Shown in pieces: positions 34,901 through 46,419 of a stretch of 64,000 nt of DNA. The stretch lies in assembly GCA_010909165.1 (NCBI GenBank), contig MU008162.1, forward strand, positions 1,426,001 to 1,490,000. The letters are read 5' to 3'. This DNA comes from Anthoceros angustus (taxonomy: Eukaryota; Plantae; Anthocerotophyta). The notes below the pieces were generated by a model, which did no database searches, was not told the origin of the DNA, and saw only the letters and a list, made by a program, of their open reading frames with translations. The position numbers were made by a program, and so were the translations under genes. Position 1 is the stretch's first letter, and every line of letters starts with the position of its first letter.

Positions 34901-36242
34901 CTCCTCCCGAGTCGCTTGGTCTTGAAGGGCGACCCCCACCTCAGGCGCCCTTGCACGCTCTACTTGGCGGGGCCTCCGGCCTTCCGGGCGCCGCTCAAGC
35001 TCTCCCTCCTTGAGCTCGAAATGTCCCCATACATGAATCGTATGGGGTCACCGATGGCGAGGCTTCTCGCTCCTTAGCTTGCGTGCCTCTGGCCCGAGCC
35101 GGCGAAGATAATCCTTCCCAGTCGCTCTCTTCCCAGGGCGCATGCGAGAATACCAGGTTATCACCAAGGTGATCCACCTTGGTGGCGAGTTCAATGGACA
35201 ATGATCCGGCTACCGCCTTACTCGGATCGGCGGATCGGATATCAACCATCCGTTGGTTGTCGCTGCGTTCGAGCCTCGGCATCGCGCCGCTGGCCCTATC
35301 TTCCCTTCGCCTTAAGGGGCTCTGGCACCACCCCTTCTTCCTCCTTCGGGCGGTTGTAGGCCATCCTCAGGACCTCCAAGGTCCATCGCCTCGGGTCCTC
35401 CCGGAGGTTCTTGGATCGGACCTCCTTGTTGATCGCCGCCAGCATCTTCCGGGCAAACTCCCGGACTAGAGTGACGTTGTCAAAGGTCCAGACCATTTGG
35501 AACACGTCCAGATGCCACTCCTGCACCAATTCCCCTGCTTCCTCCAGCCAGGGCCCGAAGTCCGGATAGCGCCGGGTCACAATGTTGCGCTCCACGAGGG
35601 TCCATGGCTCCCAGACTTCCGTCGGCTTTTTGGGTGCCATTGCTTTCTCCTCCTCTTGTTCTTCTTGGGTCGTGCGATGTTCCTCCTTCGCGTTGTTGCT
35701 CCAACCTTGACGTCACGCTCTAAAAGTGGTAGCGCCCGGCGGGCGCCGAGCAGTTGCGGGCGCAAGGGTATGAAGTGGTAGGCCAGCCTCCTCCTTGGCG
35801 GCTTGTGGGGGAAGCTGCAAGGCGCCTCTTAGTAGCGCGAGTGCGGCTTACTCGACCCTACGCCCGCTTACTGCCTTACGCCGCGCGCGGCGGGCGTGAA
35901 TACCGCTATAACGGCCTGCAGCAGGTTCTGATCTGACCTCGCATGCCCGACCTCCACTGTGGCCGCCCACGTGGCGCCGCCTCGTCATCCTCACGCCTCC
36001 TAGGTTACTTTCCGCATTTATCCTATTTTGACTGGAGTGGGTTCCGGACTTATCCGTTACTCGTGATCAGGAGCTTGCCATAGTGGTACCGGGTCCGTTG
36101 TTCACTCCAGTCCGAGTATACTCCGAGCCTCGTCCAAGCGCTACCCCAATTTATTCCTCCTTTTCCGCCTTTATTTATCCTTCAATCCTAAAAACAGAAC
36201 CCTACTTATTTCTTAACTCCCCAGGGAAGTGCATAGCCCACA
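31906..36242 (-). repeat. 5' LTR (~4.34 kb)
   Basis: TGTGGGCTATGCAC at 36242 to CCACA at 31906 (minus), followed by the PBS. Confidence 0.85.
33000..35640 (-). CDS. LTR(U3)-embedded accessory ORF: globular N-terminal domain, low-complexity linker, coiled coil, conserved C-terminal motif. Frameshifted as assembled; end approximate
   Basis: ATG 35640, MAPKKPTEVWEPWTLVERNIV...DPRRWTLEVLRMAYN. Later pieces in shifted frames: NGWLISDP, PPRWITLVI, GRIIFA, IHVWGHFEL, RLKTEENRRLSKELDAA, HVEEAIQQVDSDFAYY. Second copy in the 3' LTR (~23300-25850) and a diverged homolog at ~38300-39420. Confidence 0.65.
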
Positions 36243-36594
36243 CGTTCTCACAACCCAACGCGATGACTCGGCACCACCGGACACAGGCCTCCCTTTAGCC
36301 CGGCCACCCAGCGTGCCTTGCTTGGTCGATGTTGTTGCCATCGCCGCGACCAAGAGGGGTTGAGGAACCGCTCCCCTTGCCGCCGCCTGACTTGGTGCTA
36401 CTTCTTCCTCACGATCCGACAAGTCTACCGTGCTTACCTGCCGGCTGGAGTTCTCACGTTGAGCCCGTCGCCTCTCACGTGCTCAAGGCCTGGAAGCGCC
36501 TCAAGGTCCCACCGTCCGGCTCACTCAAAGAACTGCTCTGACCACCTCTCGTCCTCCACGCATCCACACTTACTAGGCTACGGAATGATCTCAT

Positions 36595-36612
36595 TCCCCG
36601 GCAACGGCGCCA
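36595..36612 (-). promoter_or_regulatory. Primer-binding site, tRNA-Asp(GUC), of the older host element
   Basis: Minus TGGCGCCGTTGCCGGGGA is the 18-nt complement of the plant tRNA-Asp 3' end (TCCCCGGCAACGGCGCCA), 3 nt from the LTR end CCACA at 36616. Confidence 0.9.
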
Positions 36613-37205
36613 AAATGTGGCACGACTTTCGCTAATGGCCAGCCGGGCGCGCATAATCCTGCGTTGTAGTAAGGAGTCCACTCCCAAGAGAATCATAGGC
36701 CCGCTTGCCGCTTCAATCGATTCTCACTCACTTTGTAGACCGCTCACCAACACACACATTCGTCATTTTGCGCCTAACTACCGTAACGTCCATCGAATGT
36801 GCCCGGTGTGGCTAAACGCTTGAGGACCTGCTCGCGTCAGATCGCTCACGCCCGCCACTGCCTTTAGTCCGCCTCTCACCACTCTCACTACACTCATCAA
36901 TCTTGGGGAAAACGCGAGTGGCTACACTGCCTGACCTCTCGCCGCTGCCGCCTCCGCCATCTCTCCTCCGGCTCAGACGCCTTCCGGAGTTCCTCCGGCT
37001 CACGCTTTTGGCCTGCTCGACACCGCTGCCTGACGAACAAGGGTCCCTGGCCGCTTCCCCGCACACACCACCACACGTTAGGGGTCCGTCACGGGACCTT
37101 GATCGGCTGGCCGTGCTCGTTGCACCTGTGACTCACACGTTAGCAAGAAGACGACAAGGGTGCAAAGGCGGCATCAACACCAAGAGAAGATACTTTACTC
37201 GGCCC

Positions 37206-37212
37206 TCTTATA
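37206..37212 (-). promoter_or_regulatory. Putative LTR TATA box (TATAAGA)
   Basis: TATAAGA on minus about 590 bp from the LTR 3' end. Repeated at 37798-37804. Noisy equivalents near 22756 and 32481. Confidence 0.5.
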
Positions 37213-39549
37213 CTACGCCCAAGTCGGGCGTCTTTATTACACTCCCATTACGGTGGTGGCAGCTCAATATATAATCGACGCCTACCATCCTATTCCTTCC
37301 TCCTATTCTCGGTAAATGCGGTGGGCCTGGGAGGCACAGGTTCCGTCTCCTGGCCCAATCCCCTGCTTCCGATAGCCAGCACAATCGGATGATCCGGCGG
37401 GACCCCCTTCCTCTTCCGGAACTCATCGGTTGGGCTACTGCCGGCGGTCACCGCCCGTTACCACGACGCCTTCCTCCCCGGCCCCCGAGTGGGTCCCTCG
37501 GGCCACTGACCGCCTGGCCTCCCGGCGTGAGGGCTCCTCCTCACCTCCGAGTCCGACCTCGAGGTCCGGTCTCGACTCCGAGTCCGACCTCGAGGTCGGT
37601 CTCGGCTCGACTCCCGAGTCCGAACTTCGTGAGTCGGCCTTATTTCCAGTCCGGTCCGCCGGGTCCGGCCACTGTGACTGACCGCCTGGTCGCCGGCTCG
37701 CCAGCCGGACTCAGACTCACGTTAGCAAGAAGACGACAAGGGTCTGCGGAAAACGCTGATCATCACCAAGAGAAGATACTTTACTTAGAGCCTCACCTCT
37801 TATACTACGCCCAAGTCGGCTTTATTACACTTTATTCGAGGCTAGCCTCAATATGCCTTAATCGGGCCGCCTACCATCCTATTCCTTCCTCCTATCTCCG
37901 CTGCTGGCGGTGGGCCTGGGAGGGCCTGGTTCCCCTGAGACCGGTGGCCCAATCCCCTGCTCGATAGCTTGCGCACCTAACGGATGATCCGCGGTGACCC
38001 TTCCTCTTCCGGAACTCATCGGTTGGGCTACTGCCGGCGGTCACCGCCCGTTACCACGACGTCTTCCTCCCCTGGCCCCCGAGTGGGTCCTCCCTAGAGG
38101 GGCCACCGATCGACCGCCTCCCGGCGTAAGCCTGAGGGCTCCTCCTCACCTCGAGTCCGGACCTCGAGGTCCGGTCTCGACTCCCGAGTCCGGACCTCGA
38201 GGTCGGCTCGACTCCCGAGTCCGAACTTCGTGAGTCGGCCTTATTTCCAGAGTCCGGTCCGCCGGGTCCGGTCTCATCTCTGGGGGTCGGACCTCGTGGT
38301 CCGAACTTTACTGTGGTCCGTCCCTAAGCTCGGACCCTTTATCCGCGACCACCTTAGGGGCCCCATCCTCACCCACCGACCCTTGTCTTGGTTCGGTTTG
38401 GTTTCCTCCTTCCTCGCCCCCTTCGGGGCCCCATCTCTCTCCTCCCGGACAGGTTGCGGTTGACTTACCCCGAGATCCGTCGTATTGGCCGCGTCCTGCT
38501 CCTTCTGGGGCTCTTCTTCCCCGCTGCCGTCGTCCCCAAACAGGGCCACCAAGGTCCCCGTGCTGTCCCCATGTCCTTCTTCCCCTTCCACTCCCTCTGA
38601 GCCTTGGGTCCGTCTGCTAGCGGGGCCGAGAGGCTTCCAATGCCTTAAGGAGCCTGGGTGACAGTAATAGGCAAAATCCGAGTCAATTCTTTGGATTGCC
38701 TCTTCCACATGTGAGCACCCGGCACTCTTTTCGCCATAGGTGCTCATTTGCGTCTTTGTCAAACTTGGACCATCTCTCACCACCAGTTTGTGTTGGAGCC
38801 GGGCCGAATCTCGCGAGGCCACAAGGAAGCCTCGTCACCTCCGCAGCCCGTTGTTGCTCCACTGCAATTGAGCCCAAAGATCCTCCATCTCCTTGTTCCA
38901 TCGCCACCTCTTCTGCCCGCCATGACGCAGGCCCCTTCCGCCTTCCTTAGCGGACGGCGGCTTACTGCGTCAGGCCCTCGCTCCCGTTCATCCTCGGCCT
39001 TGCCTCCGCCATCTCCCTCCGTGACGGTCGCAACTCTGCGATGCGCTTCTGCCTGTGTCCTTCTCCATTTCGGCGACGTCCTGCTCCTTGTTCCATCGCC
39101 TCACCTCTTCTGTCCGCCAACAGAGCTGGAGCCGCTCTATCTCCCACTCGTGATCCGCGATCACGCCCTGCAGTTCCCCGTTCCGCTCAATTGTAACCTG
39201 GAGCTGCAGCTCCAAGGTCTCCTTGCGGTCTTCCATTTCCTCCCGCTGTTGCTCCACTTCGTGCAATTGAGCCCAAAGATCCTCCATCTCCTTGTCGCGG
39301 GCCTCCTTCTCCTCGGCATGGCTGGCCCCGCCTCCGCCGCCTCCGCCGCCTCCGCCGCCTCCGCCTTCGTGTTAGCTGTGGCTATCCTGCCTCCCTCCAC
39401 TGCTCGATCACGCCGATAGTGATCCCGACGACTGTGCTGGCTTCCGCCTCCTCGCCACCTTCACGAGCCTCGCTTGGTGCCGGGTCGGCCGCCTGTGTCA
39501 TGAGCCTTATATTTTAAAGTATACTTTGAAGTATTATCGCCACTAGAAT

Positions 39550-39900
39550 TTTGATCTAGAGTAGAAGAAGATGCCTACCTCGCAAAACCATGGGCAGTGC
39601 CAATATAAATACAAAAATATAAATGAAATTCTAGATTGGAATTTGTCTGCAAGAATTCAGAGGCATACTCAATAATACCTCAAAGTGGCTTTACCAACGG
39701 TCATGGCCAAGGCAATTACCAGGATGATCGAGATTAGAAGGCATAAATGGCAAAGTGTACTGGGCAAGGGACATATGCCAAGATGTGAAGGATTTGCCTG
39801 TGTTGCGACCTCAACGAAGTAGACGATGAAAGACGCGTCCTCTTCAACTATAATGCATTGACTGATGCTGGGCTAACCATCACATAGCTTTTCTAAAAGA
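39550..39900 (+). mobile_element. Decayed LINE 3' fragment (C-terminal Cys/His region)
   Basis: Translation RICLCCDLNEVDDERRVLFNYNALTD resembles the R.C..C....VEDE.H.LF.C..Y.D.R C-terminus of LINE ORF2 proteins. Stops and frameshifts are present. Confidence 0.55.
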
Positions 39901-40083
39901 TGTAGACTACAACATCCATTACCGTTGCATGCACCCCAACACCTCCTTGTCTCATTCTCATAGCAGCCAACAAGATAGACTATCGATGAATCAAATATCT
40001 CTATTAGGACAATACCCTCGGAGAACCTCCGGATATCATGACAAGGCTTGACAAGCACCACGTTGATGTGACTGCAAATCCCT

Positions 40084-40268
40084 AACAACTCCCAACCTAG
40101 GGTACAAGAGACAGTAACTGCCGACATCCGATAATGGACCCTCCCAAACAACTCCCAACCTAGGGTACAAGAGACAGTAACTGCCGACATCCGATAATGG
40201 ACCCTCCCAAACAACTCCCAACCTAGGGTACAAGAGACACTGATTGCCAACATCCGATAACGGACCCC
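40084..40268. repeat. 63-bp tandem repeat x3
   Basis: AACAACTCCCAACCTAGGGTACAAGAGACA at 40084, 40147 and 40210. Confidence 0.95.
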
Positions 40269-42999
40269 GAAGCCCATGATTATGATAGAATATATCAGCA
40301 TCAACTATATACAAGCAACTAATACTTGAGGGTTTTTTGTTTAGAGCCAAATAGTTTTCACCCAAAAAAAGTCTCTCAACCAGCAGACTCCCTCGAGTGA
40401 GTTCTTTAGTGCGAGACATTACGCCATAATCTTGAACTTGAGGCCATAGTTCAGGTGAGGGTTTAAGTTGGCAGCTTGATGGACGACCTTCTGCTTGCCT
40501 GTCACTTAGTCATTTAGTTTTTTAGTCTCCATCCACATTAGAAGTTTGTAGGACCTATTTTATGACTTGGAGCCTACCAAGAAACCAACGGATGCAAGGA
40601 GCAAAGCATCGTGACAACAACATGGCATACGGCAAGAGGGGGAACATCCCAACAAAGGTGAAAGATAAAGGAGGCATCCAAGGCTGAATTATTGCGACAG
40701 TTGAAGGAGGCAAGGGCGGAGCTTGCATGGGCAACTCGGCGGGAAGAAAGAACCAATGTGGACCGCTTGGTTACTGCCATTTATGAAACACATGATTCGT
40801 TGCTGCGCCCACACCTCGCCAGCTTCTACCCACACCCGATCACACATTGGTTTTAGAAGAGGAAGACCCAAGATGCGCTAAATTTTTGAGGCATGGGGCA
40901 CCACCATGGCGCCTTGATTGATAACCACTTTACCTAGTAGCCTAGACACACCTAGTAGCTTACTACCATGGCGTTACTCCATATCAAAACTTGGATATAT
41001 ACTTTGAAATATGTTTAAAGTCTATGAATCCACTAAAAGCAATCGGTGCACCATGCTCACATACGAATCAAAAGAAGACGTTATTACGAGCGGGCTTGGC
41101 TCGGCTGGTAGGATCCATAGGGTCTTGTAACAATCCCAGGTTGCGGTGCTGCAATATGATAGTTTACGTTCATAGCTTACAGAATATTTTCACTCTAAAA
41201 ATTAGTGGCCCGGCAACCCGTGATTCCCACCAGTGTAGTCGCTGTCGGAAAGGCGCGCAAATCTGCTGGATCCTGAGACTCACAGCCCGGTATGGGCCGC
41301 TGCCCGCAGGTAGCAACAGTACCATGGACGCCATCATGAAAGGGATCGGCCTATCATTTGCCCCGCCAACTTTTTCACCTCCATTCACCCACGAGAGTGA
41401 CTCTGCACGCCTGGCTCCACGTCACGCCAATGACAGGCGTGAAACCTTCCAGCTCAGCTGAGATGAGGCCGCGGTTGCAACCGCCACCCGTGACTCCACG
41501 CCCCCGAGTTACCGCAATCGTTTTACCCTGGGTGTCTCCTTGTCGGTTGTCGGTACAACATAAAGTGGAGCTTGCGCCCCGCTGCTCACTCGCTCTGCGG
41601 CTCTGCCACTCTGCCCTTGTCGTCAGCCACCGAGGATCCGTGCAGCGTGCGGCTGCGGGTTGTGCTATCGCTCTTGGTCGTGAGCTCCTTCCGACTGCCT
41701 TGGTCCCGACCACTAGCTGCATTTTGCGAGAGCTCGCGTAAGTCCTGCGGATCGACTTCCTGTCACAACGTTCCTTTCTTACAAGTGCGTGACGGAGCGA
41801 TGTGCGTAGATTTCGGTTGTGTGCTGGACTGTGTGTCTGTGCGTAATACATGAATGTCAGTGTCAGAGTCCGGAGGCTGCCAGCTGCATGCGTATGGTCA
41901 CGACTCGCGAGGTGAACTGGTAAGCGTGCCGTCCGCCGAACTTCGATTTTGATCGACACGACACCGCTGCTGCTTTGCTGGTTTAATTAGGAGGTCTGGA
42001 TCTGGCAGATGGCTACATCGCCGGCATCTCTGCCGCCTGGAGTAGTTCTCGCCTCTGAAGGAGATGAGTTTACTCGAGGATTCAATTCTTTGGCTGCGTC
42101 TGTGATCGTTGTCCTTTCTGTTCAGTGTCTGTGTGCCTGTTACGACGTCCAAAGCTGCGCGTTTCACCGAAATTTTGCATTCCTGGCTGAGTAGTTTGGT
42201 GACTTGCTTGTTCTCAAATTGAAAGTTCTGAACTGAGCTGACCGTAGGTTTGCCATGACTGGCAATTGAACGAACGATCTGTCTGCTTTCTAGGAGTTGT
42301 GGAATGATTTGCCAGTGCGTGGAGGTCAGATCGAGTCACGTCCATTTGAGAGAATGTTTGAATCCCTCTGGATCCATGGAAAGATCCATCCATGCAGTGT
42401 GGAAAGTTCCTGACGTCGTGTTTCAAGTTTTTCGGATTCCAGACTGAGTCCCTGCACATGAGAGACGGCCATTTGCAAGCTTCATTGCGCTTACTGTTGT
42501 CATCCCGGATGGTACAACTGTTGCGCAAGCTTGATTGTCCGTCTTTTAGATGCCTGTGCCTGCACGCTCTCTGAATCTTCGTGTCGCCTGGCCGGTATCG
42601 GTATAATGTGCTTCTTGATCCGGTAGATTTGAGCTGGCACAAGTTCTGGAACTGTGAGGATTGATGTGCAGGCTGGACTTCCGGCAATTCCTGCAATGGA
42701 TGATCCGCTACCTGTTCCGACCTGTCGTGTGTTATTGGCTGACCCTAGGAACGGATAATATTGGTGCGCTGCTGCAGGTCGAGTGATTTGTCAATTTAGG
42801 AAACTTTGTTGAACTATTCTGTCTGACGAACACTGGATTGAGTGCACAATGGCCAAAATCATCTGGCTGACTATCTTGAATGTGTAGTTGTATGCAGCTT
42901 GTGTGCTCATTTTGAGTTCCTTAAGTTGATCGCAGTACTGCTGTGTGTGCAGGTGCAGAGAAACTAGTTACGCGCGAGCTGGGAGCACCTCAGACGCTG

Positions 43000-45143
43000 A
43001 TGGATATGTCGAAGGCTCTGGCAGCAAACATGTACTCAGCCAACTGCAACTCAGCTATGCTGAATGACCTGCAGCAGCTTGGGTTTGCTCTGCAGTCCAA
43101 TCTTCTCAAGTCCGATTCTGCGAGCTATTGTGCCCGATGTGACCCGGAGATTCGAAGGCTTGAGGCCCAGCTGCATGAAAGCCTGGCTAATCAAGATGCT
43201 CTTGGGACAGAGCTCCGGTGGGCACTGGAGAGCAAGCTCGCAGCTGAGCTGTCTCTTGCCGAGCATCTGACACATACTAGGTCCCTTATTGACAGTTTGG
43301 GTAATGCGACTCCACGAGGGCCCCTTGGCTGGATGCCTGCAAATTCACCACCTGATCAGGACGAGGATTCTCTCAGCCTCTTTTCTCAGCCACTTATTTC
43401 CTCTCCAATGAAGGATGATCATCGCCATGAGAATGGGAAGCACTGCGATGAAGTAACCAAGGAGCTGGAGATGCAGCTGGCGAGAATGTCTTTTCAGTTT
43501 CAGACACTGGCGGAATGCTATAGCCTGACTGCCCATCGTTTGCAGCAGGCACAGACTGAAGTTTACAAGCTCAACCGTGAGAACCTTGAACTTCAAGCTG
43601 CAAATGGAGAGCTTATAAAGGGTTATCGCTTGAAGGAACGACAGCTGCAACAAATTCTGCTGGACAGGACTGCGTTCGACATGCCTGGGACAGAATTTAA
43701 CATGTCAGCTCTGCCCCTAAGTTATGGCAATACTCCACTGATGTGCGAGGAAACATTCAGCCATGTGATCTCGCCAGAGCTCAAACAGGGTATGTGCCAT
43801 TCAGATGCTGTCGACAATGCTCCGTCCAAAGTTGGGCCAGGCGCCTATTCTGGAGCTCGAGCTCGTGAGCACCAAGACCAGACAATGTCCTTGTCTCAGC
43901 TCTCCATCGCCGACAACTCTACTGCAGCTGATACCCCGACCTTGCCACCTGCTACACTCCAGCATGGGAGGGTTCTCTCTGAAAGAACGAACATATCCAA
44001 TCTGGTCATTCCAAAGCGAGACTTGAAGACATGGTATTTGCCGAGCAAGTTTCCTTCTCGTGACCATCAGCAGTTTGATTCTCCTGGTGTCGCAAGTGCA
44101 TGCGCCATGAAGGCCAACGCAGAATCTGCTCCAACGGTTGCAACGTTGCCAGCAAGATCCTTGTGTGAGGATTTGACACAGTCAACAGATTGCACAGTTG
44201 TGCTGGATACTGATCCACTGATCCTGAACGCGAAGTCTGCAACTATCAGCGAGGGGAGTGGCAGCAAGGTCCATGGATCCGTCATGTTGCCTAAAAGCAT
44301 CTCGATTCGTGCCAGTGGTACGTCTGTTGTGACAGTGATGGCCAATTTATCTTGTCAGACCAAGAAGAAGAGATCAGTCTCTCCTGAGAGTACTGACAGC
44401 ATCCAGAGTCTTGTTTTGTCACCAGTCTCTCCACTCCGACCTCATCGACTTCGGCTGTCGCCACTGATGGGCAGAGAAGTATGACGAAGTCATTACCTTC
44501 AATCAGGACTAGCCCAGGGCATGCACATTCATGACTGATGATGTCAGATCCTCAGTTAGGGATGCGTTAGTCCGGTCCACCCTGTTTGCGCTTGATCCTG
44601 TAGCCTCATAGACTTGCAGTCTGAACTCTCTGACAATGCTGGTAATGTTCATCGACTTGGTGCTGGCTTTTAGGTTTATCTTGGAGTCAGTCTGTATGGA
44701 TAGCAGGGACGGTTTATCACAAGGAGAACATCCAACCAACATAGGATGAGTCGGTTGTTCCAGCATGCACAAATTGTCTGGTCTGTATACTGGAGAGTCT
44801 GTGCGATTCTGACCTCAGGTGTATCATGTGAATGCAGGAACTGCTTACTTCAGATTCTGCAGGAAAGGAAGGAAGTGATAACGACCAAGTGGAGTGCGAT
44901 GTATTCGATCAGGGAATGTACAAAACAGAGCTGTGCAACAAGTGGCAGGAAGGTGGGCATTGTCCGTATGGAAATCGTTGTCAGTTTGCACACGGCGTCG
45001 ATGAGCTTCGTCCTGTCCTTCGCCATCCCCGATACAAGACAGAGCTGTGTCGTATGGTCGCTAATGGCGACAAGTGCCCCTATGGACATCGTTGTCATTT
45101 TCGGCATTCAATGACGAAAGAAGAGAAGGCCTCTCTGCTGTGA
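43000..45143 (+). CDS. Tandem CCCH zinc-finger RNA-binding protein, C3H14/C3H15 (TTP/ZFP36-like) family
   Basis: Last exon (44854 or 44863)-45143: [57 protein letters not shown]. Large exon 43000-44317 holds the family coiled coil ([26 protein letters not shown]) and LPKSISIR, ending at donor G|GTACGT. Possible middle exons 44426-44478 and 44620-44641. The start may lie in an upstream exon (acceptor near 42952). Confidence 0.85.
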
Positions 45144-45631
45144 GCCTGTGAGGAACAAGCAAGCATCTCTTATATATAATATTTCACCTCTATCTGAGTT
45201 AATAGTCTTCTATTTCTTTATAGGAAAATCTGTAGTTTGCCTCCGGAAATGGAGGTTTAATCTCTTTATGTTGTTGCCTACCTACCTACTCGGGAAAGGC
45301 CCCCCTTTAGAACTTCGGTAGTCTACCTATATAGTTGCTGTTTTATTGGCACATTCTCTAAGGCATTCCTCGAGATCCCAATCTGTAAAGGAAATCAGAG
45401 AGCACTTTATATGTATAGGATCTGTTTTAGGTAATGTCAGCCCTTGCTAATCGGCTTCGTTTCGTAGACATAAGCTGGGTAAACCTCCCACCTAGGGTTC
45501 TTCTGTACTTAAAGCCCCAGCGTGATGACATCGGTCTTTCTTGAGCTGTAGTCGCTGCCAGAGCCTCCGGCGGTAGCTTCCGGCGCATCGGTCTTTGAGA
45601 TCCTCAGGCGGGAAGTGAAGCTGGAGTAGCC

Positions 45632-46419
45632 ATGGTGCACGTTGCCTTTTACCGTAATTACGGGAAGACGTTCAAGAAGCCGCGGAGGCCGTTCGAGAAG
45701 GAGCGGTTGGATGCGGAGCTCAAGTTGGTCGGCGAGTATGGCCTGCGCAACAAGCGTGAGCTGTGGCGCGTTCAGTATGCCCTGAACCGCATCAGGAACA
45801 ATGCCCGCATGCTGCTAACTTTGGATGAGAAGAGCACGCGCCGCATCTTCGAAGGGGAGGCTCTGCTCCGGCGCATGAACAGGTAGACCTTTGATGGATA
45901 GGGTTTAGCAGTATCTACGGGAAGAAGCATTCTCCTTCAACTTAGCATCTTTGCGGACGCTTCCTGCTTGGTTCCGGCGATTAGGGTTTTCGTTTGTCAT
46001 AGACAGTGATTCAGAGATACAGGAGGGCTTCTTTTTGGAACTGAGCACAGCTTCTGATTGATTTCTTTTGCAGGTATGGCTTGCTGGATGAGAGCCAGAA
46101 CAAGCTCGATTACGTGCTGGCCCTGACGGTGGAGAACTTTTTGGAGCGACGGCTGCAGACCTTGGTGTTCAAGTCTGGTATGGCCAAGTCAATCCATCAT
46201 GCTCGTGTGTTGATCAAGCAGAGGCACATCAGAGTGGGCAAGCAGATTGTGGATGTGGCCTCGTTCCTTGTCCGGGTGGATTCCCAGAAGCACATCGATT
46301 TTGCCCTTTCAAGCCCCCTGGGTGGTGGGCGACCTGGGCGCGTGAGGAGGAAGAATATCAAGGCTGCCTCCAAGAAGGCCGCCGGTGGCGCCGGAGACGA
46401 GGAGGAAGATGATGAGTAG
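45632..46419 (+). CDS. RPS9: 40S ribosomal protein S9 (uS4), 198 aa; exons 45632-45882 and 46074-46419
   Basis: [39 protein letters not shown]...RRMNR|[15 protein letters not shown]...[11 protein letters not shown]...GGGRPGRV...DEEEDDE. Phase-2 GT-AG intron. Confidence 0.98.
45899..45989. promoter_or_regulatory. Two telo-box motifs (TAGGGTTT) in the RPS9 intron
   Basis: TAGGGTTT at 45899-45906 and 45982-45989. Telo-boxes are typical of plant ribosomal-protein genes. Confidence 0.45.

Larger units (their letters stand above)
22219..36242 (-). mobile_element. Ty3/gypsy LTR retrotransposon, non-chromovirus (Athila/Phygy-like), about 14.0 kb
   Basis: Two ~4.3 kb direct repeats bounded by TGTGG...CCACA. 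PBS next to the 5' LTR. Domain order gag-PR-RT-RH-INT. Approximate 5-bp TSD: CGTTA at 22214-22218 and CGTTC at 36243-36247. Confidence 0.9.
36243..39500 (-). mobile_element. Remnant of an older related gypsy element: truncated 5' LTR (36616-~39500), PBS, leader and gag start
   Basis: Sequence from 36616 onward is a diverged homolog of the LTR 3' part. Gag start MATTSTKQ parallels (M)AP..TKQAHSIFG of the intact element. Coiled-coil ORF piece at 38988-39287. Internal ~585 bp tandem duplication (~37130 / ~37714). Confidence 0.8.

Noticed and set aside
22400-39420. Many plus-strand ORFs of 100-227 aa across the retroelements
   Set aside because: Antisense shadows of GC-rich TE sequence, not conserved in frame between LTR copies.
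42943-44484. 513-aa ORF as a separate gene
   Set aside because: It contains C3H14/15 family motifs and a phase-compatible donor to the CCCH exon, so it is part of the same gene.
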